Shown: piece after piece, positions 10,076 through 19,251 of the stretch
Position numbering within the stretch: the first letter of the stretch is position 1
How the letters are laid out: every line of letters starts with the position of its first letter
The notes under the pieces: model-generated
What the model saw: the letters and a program-made list of their open reading frames with translations, nothing else
Told to the model about the DNA's origin: nothing
Databases searched by the model: none
Assembly (NCBI GenBank): GCA_028749235.1
Contig: JAQULS010000001.1
Coordinates: 755-64,754, forward strand
Source of the DNA: Acidobacteriota bacterium
GTDB lineage: Bacteria > Acidobacteriota > Aminicenantia > Aminicenantales > UBA4085
Length of the DNA: 64,000 bases
Direction: 5' to 3'
Position numbers and translations under genes: made by a program

Positions 10076-10117
10076 GTCATCCTCCTGTGCCGCGGCCGCG
10101 CCTTGGGGCCGCCCGCG

Positions 10118-10166
10118 AAAAAAAAGGCCGTTTCCGCCGGCGTCTCATCGCCGGAGAAAACGGCCT
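10118..10166 (-). terminator. Intrinsic terminator after the YHS gene
   Basis: Minus strand AGGCCGTTT..CCGGCG-loop-CGCCGG..AAACGGCC followed by T8. Confidence 0.75.
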
Positions 10167-10172
10167 GACGGC

Positions 10173-10940
10173 TTACTTCTTGGTCGCGCAGGAAGCGCAG
10201 GCTCCCTCGGCGCAAGCCGACGGGCCGCCGGCGGAATCCTTCTTGGCCTCTTTCATCTTGGCCGCGTGCTCCTGGATCTTCTTGACCGTCTCGGCGTTCT
10301 TGGAGGTCACGGTGATGACGACGCCGTCCTTGACGATCTCGACCTTGCGCTCGACGTCCGCGCCCATCATCGGACAGCCGGCCTTGTTCCCGGCCTTCAT
10401 TTGTCCCTTCATCATCTGGCCGTGCATCATGCCCTGGCCGTGGATCATGCCCTGGCCGTGGATCATGCCTTCAGCGGGCTTGGCCGCGGCCGCCAGGAAC
10501 TTTTCCGGCTCCTTGACGAACTCCGCCTTGCTGCCTTCGCAGCAGAAGTAGTACTTGGTCCCCTTGTATTCGTACGTCGCATTGGCCGTGGCCTTGTCGA
10601 TCATCATGCCGCGGACCGGATCCTTAGCCTTGGCCGGATCGTCGGTTTTGGCCGGCATCATCTGGCCGTGCATCATGCCTTCGTGGGTCATACCGGCGGC
10701 GGGCTTGGCCTCGGCCGCCAGGAACTTTTCCGGCTCCTTGGCGAACCTCGTCTTGCAGCTTTCGCCGCAGAAATAATACGTCGTGCCCTTGTAGTCATAT
10801 GTCCACTTGGCCGTGGCCTTGTCCACCGACATGCCGCAAACCGGGTCCTTGGCCTTGTCGGCCGTTTGGGCCGCGCCCAGGCAAACGCCGCCCGCGACAA
10901 TCAGCAGCAGGGCTAGAATCAACCAATTCATTCTCTTCAT
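10173..10940 (-). CDS. Exported protein with two YHS domains and Met/His-rich linkers
   Basis: Signal peptide; KDPVCGM..YYFCGESC; KDPVRGM..YYFCCEGS; GM(I/M)HGQ repeats. Confidence 0.85.
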   Translation of the reverse strand: MKRMNWLILALLLIVAGGVCLGAAQTADKAKDPVCGMSVDKATAKWTYDYKGTTYYFCGESCKTRFAKEPEKFLAAEAKPAAGMTHEGMMHGQMMPAKTDDPAKAKDPVRGMMIDKATANATYEYKGTKYYFCCEGSKAEFVKEPEKFLAAAAKPAEGMIHGQGMIHGQGMMHGQMMKGQMKAGNKAGCPMMGADVERKVEIVKDGVVITVTSKNAETVKKIQEHAAKMKEAKKDSAGGPSACAEGACASCATKK

Positions 10941-11014
10941 GAAGACCTCCGTTTGAATCCGTCTCCCTGACGGGATGGCGCCGAAAGATGATTATACATT
11001 GGAATGATAGGAAC

Positions 11015-11116
11015 AATAAACCCGTTCGATGCCCCGGGCTTAAGGCAGGGTTAATACTGAGCGGCGCTTATAACCCCGATTTGAAAATCGGGGTTATAAG
11101 CGCCGCGAATGTATCA
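11015..11116. repeat. Dispersed REP/MITE-like element, copy A1, with 22-bp perfect inverted repeat
   Basis: GCGGCGCTTATAACCCCGATTT-GA-AAATCGGGGTTATAAGCGCCGC at 11061-11106; near-identical to 24324-24421. Confidence 0.9.
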
Positions 11117-11138
11117 ACTTCACCCGGCTCCGCTCCCG

Positions 11139-13400
11139 TCATTCGCCCGGGCGGAAGCGCTTGAGGCGAAGGGAATTCGAGACGACCGACACCGAGCTGA
11201 AAGCCATGGCGGCCGAAGCCAGCATGGGATTGAGGAGGATGCCGAAAAACGGGTACAGGGCTCCGGCCGCCACGGGGATGCCCACGACGTTGTAGATGAA
11301 AGCCCAGAAGAGGTTCTGCTTGATCGTCCTCATCGTCCGGCGGCTCAAGGCGACGGCCCGGGCCACGCCGGCCAGGTCGCCCCGGATCAGGGTGATGTCG
11401 GCCGCGTCCATGGCCACGTCCGTTCCCGTGCCGATGGCGATGCCGATGTCGGCCTGGGCCAGGGCCGGGGCATCGTTGATGCCGTCCCCGACCATGGCCA
11501 CCCGGCGGCCTTCGGCTTGCAGGCGGCGGATCTCGGCCGTCTTGTCGGCCGGGAGGAGCTCCGCCAGGACGCGCTCGACGCCCGCCGCCCGGGCCACGGC
11601 CTCGGCCGTCCCGCGATGGTCGCCCGTCAGTATGATGACATCCAGGCCGAGCCCCTGGAGCTTGCGCACGGCGGCTTTCGCCCCTTCCTTGAGCGGATCC
11701 GCGATCGCCAGGAGACCGGCCGCGCGGCCGTCGACGGCCGCGTATATCGGAGTCTTGCCCTCGCCGGCCAGGATCCCGGCCCGGGCCGCCCAAGCCGAGG
11801 CGTCAATGCCCCGCTCTTCGAGAAGAGCGCGGTTCCCGATCAGGACGGAGCGGCCGCCGACCGAAGCCGCCACTCCCCGGCCCGCCACGGCGGAAAAATC
11901 GGCGGCCGAAACGGGCGCCAAGCCGCGGGAGCGGGCCGCTTCGAGGACCGCTCCGGCCAGCGGATGCTCGGACAGGCGCTCGGCCGAAGCCGCGACGGCC
12001 AAAAGCCCCGCCTCGTCCCAGCCTTCGGCCGGCCAAACGTCGGTCACTTCCGGCGCCCCTTTGGTCAGGGTGCCGGTCTTGTCGAAGACGACGGTCGTGA
12101 TCTTGTGGGCCGTCTCCAGGCTGGCCCCGTTCTTGATCAGGATGCCGAGTTCGGCGCCTTTGCCGGTCCCGACCATGATCGCGGTCGGAGTGGCCAGACC
12201 CAGGGCGCAAGGGCAGGCGATGATCAGGACGGCCACGAAATTGAGCAGCGCCATGGTCAGGGACGGACGGGGGCCGAAAGCCCACCAGGCCGCGAAGGTC
12301 AGGACGGCGATCGACAGGACGACCGGGACGAAGACCCCGGCTATGGCGTCGGCCAGGCGCTGGATGGGGGCCTTGGATCCCTGGGCCTCCCGGACCAGCC
12401 TGACGATCTGGGCCAGCGCGGTGTCCCGGCCGACCCGGGTGGCCCGCATTTCGAAGCCGCCCGTCTTGTTCAGCGTCGCTCCGATGACCGGATCGCCGGC
12501 CGTCTTGGCCGCGGGCATGCTCTCGCCGGTGATCATCGACTCGTCCACGGCCGATCCTCCCCGCACGATGACGCCGTCGACGGGGACGCGCTCGCCCGGA
12601 CGGACCACCAGGACATCGCCGACCGCGACCTCGCGGACCGGGATCTCGATTTCATTCGGGCCGCGCAGGACGCGGGCCGTCTTGGGCTGCAGCCCGATGA
12701 GCGCGCGGATGGCGTCCGAGGCGCGCCCCTTGGCCCGGGCCTCGAGCAGCCGCCCGAGCAGGATCAAGGTGATGATCACGGCCGAAGTGTCGAAATAAAC
12801 ATGGGGAGCCGGCCCGCCCCGGGCGAAAAGTCCGGGGGCCAGGGTGGCCGCGGCGCTGTAGGCATACGCGGCGGTCGTGCCGACCGCGACCAGGGTGTTC
12901 ATGTCGGCGGCTCGATGCCTCAAGGCGGACCAGGCGCCCCGGTAAAAACGGGCTCCGATCCAGAACTGCACGGGAGTGGCCAGGGCCCAGAGAAGAAACG
13001 GATTGTGCAGAAAGGCCGGAAAGCCCGACACGAGCCGTCCCATGCTTCCGGCCATGACCATGGCGCTCAAAGCCAGGCCGATGAAGAAGCGGGACCGGAG
13101 GCGCCTTATGTCGCGATCCCGCTGCCTCGCTTCGACGTCCTCCTCGTCCTCCTCTTCGGAAACGCGGACGACCCCGTACCCGGCCGCTTCGATGGCCGCT
13201 TCCAACCCGGCCCGCCGGACCCGGCCGGTCAGGTACTCGACCGTGGCCCGGTTCGTAGCCAGGTTGACCGAGGCGCTCACGACGCCCGGAACGCCGAGCA
13301 GGGCGGTTTCGGCCCGGCGGACGCACGAGGCGCAGTGAAGGCCCTGGATGGCGATCTCGGCCTTGACCGGGGCCGGACCGGTTCGTTTTGTTTCGTTCAT
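11139..13400 (-). CDS. copA: Cu(I)-translocating P1B ATPase
   Basis: GLHCASC metal-binding domain, [34 protein letters not shown] and MAFSS motifs. Confidence 0.95.
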   Translation of the reverse strand: MNETKRTGPAPVKAEIAIQGLHCASCVRRAETALLGVPGVVSASVNLATNRATVEYLTGRVRRAGLEAAIEAAGYGVVRVSEEEDEEDVEARQRDRDIRRLRSRFFIGLALSAMVMAGSMGRLVSGFPAFLHNPFLLWALATPVQFWIGARFYRGAWSALRHRAADMNTLVAVGTTAAYAYSAAATLAPGLFARGGPAPHVYFDTSAVIITLILLGRLLEARAKGRASDAIRALIGLQPKTARVLRGPNEIEIPVREVAVGDVLVVRPGERVPVDGVIVRGGSAVDESMITGESMPAAKTAGDPVIGATLNKTGGFEMRATRVGRDTALAQIVRLVREAQGSKAPIQRLADAIAGVFVPVVLSIAVLTFAAWWAFGPRPSLTMALLNFVAVLIIACPCALGLATPTAIMVGTGKGAELGILIKNGASLETAHKITTVVFDKTGTLTKGAPEVTDVWPAEGWDEAGLLAVAASAERLSEHPLAGAVLEAARSRGLAPVSAADFSAVAGRGVAASVGGRSVLIGNRALLEERGIDASAWAARAGILAGEGKTPIYAAVDGRAAGLLAIADPLKEGAKAAVRKLQGLGLDVIILTGDHRGTAEAVARAAGVERVLAELLPADKTAEIRRLQAEGRRVAMVGDGINDAPALAQADIGIAIGTGTDVAMDAADITLIRGDLAGVARAVALSRRTMRTIKQNLFWAFIYNVVGIPVAAGALYPFFGILLNPMLASAAMAFSSVSVVSNSLRLKRFRPGE

Positions 13401-13411
13401 CGTCTTTCTCC

Positions 13412-13699
13412 TCAACGCCGGAACCGGGAGCGACCCAAAAGCTCCAGGATCTCGGCGATCTTGCGGTCCTGATCGACGCGGTTGCTCCCGGCCAGGGACT
13501 CACGGACGCAGGTCCGCAGATGCCGGGCCAGGATATTGTCCTCGACCTTCCGCAGCGCTCCGGCGACGGACTGGAGCTGGGTCAGGACGTCGATGCAATA
13601 GCGGCCATCCTCGATCATCCGCCGGACGCCCTGCACCTGGCCCTCGATCTTTCGCAACCGGCTCACTTCGTCGACATGTTTTTCGGGCGAAACACTCAT
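13412..13699 (-). CDS. csoR: CsoR-family metal-sensing repressor
   Basis: [28 protein letters not shown] (C-H-C ligands). Confidence 0.92.
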   Translation of the reverse strand: MSVSPEKHVDEVSRLRKIEGQVQGVRRMIEDGRYCIDVLTQLQSVAGALRKVEDNILARHLRTCVRESLAGSNRVDQDRKIAEILELLGRSRFRR

Positions 13700-13716
13700 C
13701 GGGCACCTCCTCGTCC

Positions 13717-13742
13717 ATTATACCATACCCCCCCATGGTATA
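13717..13742 (-). promoter_or_regulatory. csoR-copA promoter (extended -10) with overlapping CsoR-type operator
   Basis: TGGTATAAT on minus strand; inverted repeat TATACCAT-ACCCCCCC-ATGGTATA with central C/G tract; GGAGG RBS downstream. Confidence 0.8.
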
Positions 13743-13796
13743 TGCCATAAACCCGGAGCGAAGTTCTGATGGGGAAGTCGGCCGGGCCCAGACGGG

Positions 13797-14915
13797 CTAA
13801 ACGATCGTTCCGCCGCCCAGGATGACGTCGCCGTCGTAGAAGACCGCCGCCTGCCCGGGCGTCGCGGCGCGCTGGGCCCGCTCGAACTCGACCACGATCC
13901 GGCCGCCCACCTCCGGATGAAGGACGGCCCGGGCTTCGGCATGGCGGGAACGGATCTTGACCGAGGCCGTCCGGGGCGCCTTCAGTTCCTCGATCGCCGA
14001 CCAGTTCACGCCTTCGACGAGCAAACGGCGGCGGAGCAAGGCTTCGTTCGGCCCGACCATGATCCGGTTGGCCGCGGCGTCGATGCCGACGACGTAAAGC
14101 GGCCGCGGCGCCGCGATGCCGAGACCCTTTCTCTGGCCGACCGTGTAGCGGGCGATCCCGCCGTGGCGGCCGATCGTCCGGCCGTCCGGACCGGCGATGT
14201 CGCCCGGCCGAAAGGCTTCGGGCGCCCGCGGCTTCAGGAATCCCACGTAGTCGTCGTCGGGGACGAAGCAGATTTCCTGGCTCTCCGGTTTGCGGGCCAC
14301 GGGCAGGCGCATCTTTTCGGCCAGGGCCCGGACCTCGGTTTTGCGCAGGCCGCCCAGGGGGAAGATCGTCCTGGCCAGGACGTCCTGCGGCAGGGAGTAC
14401 AGGAAATACGACTGGTCCTTGGCCGGATCGGACGCCTTGCGCAGCAGCCAGCGGCCCGAGGCCGCGTCCATCCCGACCCGGGCGTAGTGCCCGGTGGCCA
14501 AGGCCGCGGCGCCGAGCCTCCCCACCCGCCGCAGGAGCGGCCCGAACTTGACGAACCGGTTGCAGCGCAGGCAGGGATTCGGGGTCCGGCCCCGCCGGTA
14601 TTCGGCGACGAAATCCTCGATCACGGCTTTTTCGAACGTTCGCCGGAAGTCGGCGACGAAAAACGGGATGCCCAAGGTCGCGGCGACCGCGCCCGCGTCC
14701 CGCCGGGCCCCCGACCCGCAGCAGCCCGGCGAGGCATCCTCTCCGCACCGCCCGCCGGGCGGATGGAACAAGTCCATGGTCAGGCCGAAGACATCGAATC
14801 CCGCCTCCTGGAGCAGAGCCGCCGCAACCGAAGAGTCCACGCCGCCGCTCATGGCCACGGCGACCGGGCCGCCGCCCGGGCCGCGTTCGAAGGCCGTAAC
14901 AGATTGTGCTATCAT
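13797..14915 (-). CDS. mnmA: tRNA-specific 2-thiouridylase
   Basis: AMSGGVDS, GRTPNPCLRCNRFVKF, ATGHYA, KDQSYFL, ESQEICF, YTVGQRKGL, TPGQAAVFY; exact start uncertain. Confidence 0.95.
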   Translation of the reverse strand: MIAQSVTAFERGPGGGPVAVAMSGGVDSSVAAALLQEAGFDVFGLTMDLFHPPGGRCGEDASPGCCGSGARRDAGAVAATLGIPFFVADFRRTFEKAVIEDFVAEYRRGRTPNPCLRCNRFVKFGPLLRRVGRLGAAALATGHYARVGMDAASGRWLLRKASDPAKDQSYFLYSLPQDVLARTIFPLGGLRKTEVRALAEKMRLPVARKPESQEICFVPDDDYVGFLKPRAPEAFRPGDIAGPDGRTIGRHGGIARYTVGQRKGLGIAAPRPLYVVGIDAAANRIMVGPNEALLRRRLLVEGVNWSAIEELKAPRTASVKIRSRHAEARAVLHPEVGGRIVVEFERAQRAATPGQAAVFYDGDVILGGGTIV

Positions 14916-14962
14916 GACGTTATAGGTAGGCAGCCATTGTACCACGGCCAGGGAGGAGCCCC

Positions 14963-15826
14963 ATGAAAATGCCGCGCCTTGAAATCGTCGCCGCCGCCGT
15001 TATGAGCCTGGCCGGCCTGGCCGCCGCCCAGCCCCGCCTGGAGCTGTCCGTCGGGATCGGCAACTGCGTTTCCTCCTGGAAGGACGTCTCTTACAGCCAT
15101 GCTTATACGCCGCCGTTTCTCTATGACTCGACGGCCGTCACCTCGGGCCTGCAAACACTGACTCTCGGAGTCGATTCCATCTTCGGGGGATCCCTCAGCG
15201 CGGCCGTGATCGCCGGCCACTTCGGCGTCATGGTCACGTACCTCGCCTTCAACCCCGATATCTTCGGCACGAGCTCGGCGGACGCCGTCAGCGTCCGCTA
15301 CACCGCCATGCAGCCGCCGGACTACACCCCCACTCCGGCCGCCTTGGACTTCTCGACCAAGATGGCGGATCCCAACGGCGAGCTTCGCGAGACGACGATC
15401 AGCCTGGACGGCATCTTCCGCGTCGCCTTACCGGGCTGGTTCAGCCTGGACTTGTCGGCGGGCTTGACCTGGTTCAACATCGAGGGCGAAATAGGGGTTC
15501 TGGACTATTGGAAATTCTGGCTGGGCGGACATTCCGTCCTCTTTGCCCAGCAATACCAGCTGCTGATGGACATCGAATCGTTCAACCGGATCGGAGGCAA
15601 CGCCGGCGCGACTTTGAACTGGCACATGGCGACCAACGCGTCGCTCTGGATCGAGGCCCGTTACTATTTGGCCGGGTCCGGCCAGGCCGACTTGAGCTTC
15701 GAGCCGGTCGAATCCGAATCCGTCATCGTGGCCTTCGATCCCGAGACCGACATCATCCCGGTCGGCGACCTTGTCATCAAGCCCAGCTTCTTCCGCTTCG
15801 CCGCGGGCTTCCGGATCGTGTTCTGA
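14963..15826 (+). CDS. Putative outer-membrane beta-barrel protein
   Basis: Signal peptide, amphipathic strands, C-terminal ...AAGFRIVF; GGAGG RBS. Confidence 0.65.
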   Translation: MKMPRLEIVAAAVMSLAGLAAAQPRLELSVGIGNCVSSWKDVSYSHAYTPPFLYDSTAVTSGLQTLTLGVDSIFGGSLSAAVIAGHFGVMVTYLAFNPDIFGTSSADAVSVRYTAMQPPDYTPTPAALDFSTKMADPNGELRETTISLDGIFRVALPGWFSLDLSAGLTWFNIEGEIGVLDYWKFWLGGHSVLFAQQYQLLMDIESFNRIGGNAGATLNWHMATNASLWIEARYYLAGSGQADLSFEPVESESVIVAFDPETDIIPVGDLVIKPSFFRFAAGFRIVF

Positions 15827-15842
15827 CGCGGCGGGCACACCC

Positions 15843-17108
15843 GTGGCAAGCCGACCGGAAGGGAGCCACACGGCCTTTTTCCGCTTTCATCTCCGGGTCG
15901 GCGTCCGGATAGGGCTCCGGCTCCTGGCCCCGATCCTGGCGGGCCTCTTCGCCGCCTACTACCTTCTCCGCCCCGAGCTGATCCTGCTGCTGCTCGACCA
16001 CTTGCTCAAAAGGGGCGGCGCCTTCGGGCGCGGCCTATCCCTCGCCGTCGTCAACGGGCTCATCGGAGCCGTCATCGCGCCCAGGGTGACGCTCGGCTTG
16101 GGCGGGTGGATCCGCCATCTTCCCGCCGCTTCGCGCTCCCAGCGGGGCATGGCGGCCGTTTCCATCCTGATCGCCGAAATCCCGATCCTTCTTCCGCTCG
16201 CGGCCGCGGCCCTTCTTCTGCCCGACAAAAACAGCCCTGCCCAGGTCTGGGCCTCGGTCGCGGGCCTCTTCGCCTCGGCTTTTTTCATGGCCCTCTATCT
16301 TCTCCCCGTGCGGCAGCCGCTCTGGGCTTCCGGCCTGACCTTGGCCGCCTGCATCCTGGCGGGATCGGGACGGCCGCTCCTTATGGCGGCGGCCGCGGCT
16401 GCCGCGTTCCTGGCCGATAGGGCGACGGGGCCGTTCCTGGGACGAGGCCGGCCGAAGAGACGGCTGATCCGTCCGTCTTCCGAACCGGCGTTTTTCGGTT
16501 TCCTCTTGAACCTGCGGGCGGCCGGATTTTCCATACTCTGGTCTCTTCTCCCGCCGGCTCTCTTTTTCGGCTGGCTGGTCGTCTTCCTCGCCAACAATCC
16601 CCTGGCGCCGGGACCCATCCGGGCGGCCGTTCGGCTGGCCGCCGGCGGAGCCGCAGCCGGCGCCCTGGCCGCGGCCGCCGCAAGCCTGGGAAAGCATCGG
16701 CCGGTCTGGCCCTGGAGCCGATCCTTGCCGATCGGATCCCGCAAGCGCGTGCTGCAGGACGCCCTGTTCCTGGCCGTTCCGGGCGCCGCGGCGCTGGCGG
16801 CGTTCGCCCTTTATTCCCCGGCCGCGCTCCCAGCGGCGGGACTTCTCCCCTACGCCGCCTTCCGGGCGGCGGCCGCCGCCCGGCCGTCCATGGAGACGCC
16901 GCGAAGCCCCATTCCCGGTCTGGTCTTGGAGCTGCTGTTGGCCGCGATCATGACCGCTTTAATCCCCGCGGCCGCCGGACTTCTCGCCGTCCTGGCCGTC
17001 CCCGCCTGGTCGATCGCCGCCCGGCGGGAGCGCTCGCTCAAGACCGGATTATGGCTGGAACGACGATACTCGGCCGACGGTGATTCCCTGACCTGGAGCT
17101 CCCGATGA
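15843..17108 (+). CDS. Polytopic membrane protein, putative ABC permease
   Basis: Many hydrophobic segments; ATGA overlap with ABC ATPase; start uncertain (GTG 15843). Confidence 0.6.
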   Translation: MASRPEGSHTAFFRFHLRVGVRIGLRLLAPILAGLFAAYYLLRPELILLLLDHLLKRGGAFGRGLSLAVVNGLIGAVIAPRVTLGLGGWIRHLPAASRSQRGMAAVSILIAEIPILLPLAAAALLLPDKNSPAQVWASVAGLFASAFFMALYLLPVRQPLWASGLTLAACILAGSGRPLLMAAAAAAAFLADRATGPFLGRGRPKRRLIRPSSEPAFFGFLLNLRAAGFSILWSLLPPALFFGWLVVFLANNPLAPGPIRAAVRLAAGGAAAGALAAAAASLGKHRPVWPWSRSLPIGSRKRVLQDALFLAVPGAAALAAFALYSPAALPAAGLLPYAAFRAAAAARPSMETPRSPIPGLVLELLLAAIMTALIPAAAGLLAVLAVPAWSIAARRERSLKTGLWLERRYSADGDSLTWSSR

Positions 17109-17806
17109 TCGCTTTCGAATCGGTGTCCTTCGGTTACCTTCCGGGCCGCCCTTTCCTGCGCGGCGTGAGCGTGCGGATCGGCCCCGGGCTGACCCTCGTC
17201 GCGGGGCCGAACGGGGCCGGCAAAAGCACTTGGCTGAAGCTGGCGGCGGGGGTGGAGCCTCCCGATGCGGGCCGCGTCCTGATCGACGGGCGGGACTTGT
17301 GGCGGGAGGAGGCGGCCGCCCGGGCCGGCCTGGCCTATGTCTCCGAACAGCCCGACTTGACGCCTTATGCCACGATTGAGGACATTCTGCGGCTCGTGAG
17401 CCGGGTCCGGCGCCGCCCGGCGGGGGAAGCCGACGAGGCGCTGGCCCGGATGGGGCTGGAACGCTTCGCCGGCCGCTCGGTGCGCGAGCTTTCGCTGGGC
17501 CAAAAAAGGCGGGCCGCCTTCGCCGCCGCCCTCATCGGCTCGCCCGATCATCTTCTCCTCGACGAGCCGTTAGAGGCCATGGACCGGGCCTCGCGCGATC
17601 TCATCATCGACTGGATTCTGCGCCGGAAGGCGGAGGGAGCCGTGGCCGTCGTCGTCTCGCATGACCTCGAACCGTTCGCCGCCGCGGCGGACCGCGTCCT
17701 GGCACTCCGCGAAGGGACGGCCGTCCTGCGGGACGTCCCGCGGGCCGCCCCGGAAGACCGGCGGGCATTCCTCGACCGCCTGGCCCGGGGAGAAAAGGCC
17801 GTCTGA
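17105..17806 (+). CDS. ABC transporter ATP-binding protein
   Basis: GPNGAGKST, LSLGQ, LLLDEP, SHD. Confidence 0.9.
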   Translation: MIAFESVSFGYLPGRPFLRGVSVRIGPGLTLVAGPNGAGKSTWLKLAAGVEPPDAGRVLIDGRDLWREEAAARAGLAYVSEQPDLTPYATIEDILRLVSRVRRRPAGEADEALARMGLERFAGRSVRELSLGQKRRAAFAAALIGSPDHLLLDEPLEAMDRASRDLIIDWILRRKAEGAVAVVVSHDLEPFAAAADRVLALREGTAVLRDVPRAAPEDRRAFLDRLARGEKAV

Positions 17807-17899
17807 ACCGGGGCCGGCCGGCCTCGCGGCGCATTGCGACCGGAGGCGGTTTGTGTTACTATTTTGCGGCATTATCTCGTCTCCAAGGAGCTCACTCAT

Positions 17900-18652
17900 A
17901 TGTCCGGACACTCTAAATGGGCCTCGATTAAGCATAAAAAGGGCGCCGCGGACGCCAAGCGGGGCAAGATTTTCACCAAGATCATCCGCGAGATCGCGGT
18001 GGCGGCCCGAGCCGGCGGCGGCGATCCGGATATGAATCCCCGCCTGCGCACGGCCATCCAGGGCGCCAAGAACGCCAACATGCCCGCCGACAACGTCAAG
18101 CGGGCCATCCAGAAAGGCACCGGCCAGCTCGAAGGCGCCCAGTACGAGGAAGTCATCTACGAAGGCTACGGCCCCGGCGGCGTCGCCATCTACATCACCG
18201 CCCTCTCGGACAATAAAAACCGGACGGTCTCCGAAGTTCGGCACATCTTCATGAAGAACGGAGGCCAGATCGGGACGCAAGGCTGCGTCTCCTTCCGATT
18301 CAAACGGGGCGCCTACATCGACATCGACAAAGAGCAGGCCGACGAAGAGAAGCTCATGGATCTGGCCCTGGCTGCCGGGGCCGACGACATCAAGGACGAG
18401 GGCGATGCCTGGGAAGTCATCACGACTCCGGAAAAGTACGAGGCCGTCCTGGAGGCGATCAAGGGGGCGGGGATCGAAGTCGCGGATTCCAGCGTCGGCT
18501 ACATCCCGCTGGATTATACCAAGGTCGAGGGCAAGCAGGCCCACCAGGCCCTCAAGCTGGTTGAAGAGCTCGAGGACCACGACGACGTCCAGAGCGTCGC
18601 CGCCAACTTCGACATCGACGCCAAGGACATCGCCGAGTACGAGAACTCCTGA
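17900..18652 (+). CDS. yebC: YebC/PmpR-family protein
   Basis: MSGHSKWASIKHKK, YEGYGPGG, DNKNRT, LEDHDDVQ. Confidence 0.95.
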   Translation: MSGHSKWASIKHKKGAADAKRGKIFTKIIREIAVAARAGGGDPDMNPRLRTAIQGAKNANMPADNVKRAIQKGTGQLEGAQYEEVIYEGYGPGGVAIYITALSDNKNRTVSEVRHIFMKNGGQIGTQGCVSFRFKRGAYIDIDKEQADEEKLMDLALAAGADDIKDEGDAWEVITTPEKYEAVLEAIKGAGIEVADSSVGYIPLDYTKVEGKQAHQALKLVEELEDHDDVQSVAANFDIDAKDIAEYENS

Positions 18653-18666
18653 CCGGACCGCCTCCC

Positions 18667-19167
18667 ATGCGGGTCCTCGGCCTCGACCCCAGCAGCCAAG
18701 CCACGGGCTATGGCCTTATTGAATCCGACGGCGGAGACGCCGTCGTCCTCGCCTACGGAGCCATCAAGCCCTCGCCCAAAGAAAGCCTCCCGGCCAAGCT
18801 CCTGCGCATTCGAACCGGCGTCGCCGAGATCATCGCCCGCCATCGCCCCGACGAAGTCGCCGTAGAGAATCCCTTCTTCGCCCGCAACGCCCGGACCGCG
18901 CTCATCTTGGGCCAGGTCCGGGGCGCGGTCCTCGTCGCGGTCGCCGAAGCGAGACTTCCGCTCGCCGAATACTCCGCCCTGGAGATCAAAAAGGCCGTGA
19001 CGGGCTACGGGCAGGCGGAAAAGAACCAGGTCGGGGTGATGATCCGGGCGCTGCTGCGGATCGAGGACCCGGCCATGAAAGAGGACGCCGCGGACGCCCT
19101 GGCCTGCGCCCTCTGCCATATGAACACGCGGCAGTTCCGGGCCAAGCTGGAAGAATCGGGCTTCTGA
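18667..19167 (+). CDS. ruvC: Holliday junction resolvase
   Basis: RVLGLDP, AVENPF, LGQVRG, IKKAVTGYGQAEK, DAADALACALCH. Confidence 0.95.
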   Translation: MRVLGLDPSSQATGYGLIESDGGDAVVLAYGAIKPSPKESLPAKLLRIRTGVAEIIARHRPDEVAVENPFFARNARTALILGQVRGAVLVAVAEARLPLAEYSALEIKKAVTGYGQAEKNQVGVMIRALLRIEDPAMKEDAADALACALCHMNTRQFRAKLEESGF

Positions 19168-19251
19168 AGCTCCGGCCTCTCGCCTCGCCCTTGTATCCCG
19201 CCGGAAAACGAGCTAGCATTTGCTTATCTCTATAGCCGGGGGATACACCCC

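Noticed and set aside
10076..10172. Possible TPP riboswitch upstream of thiM-thiE
   Set aside because: The TPP aptamer consensus is not recognisable; the structure is a single hairpin plus T8, better explained as the YHS gene terminator.
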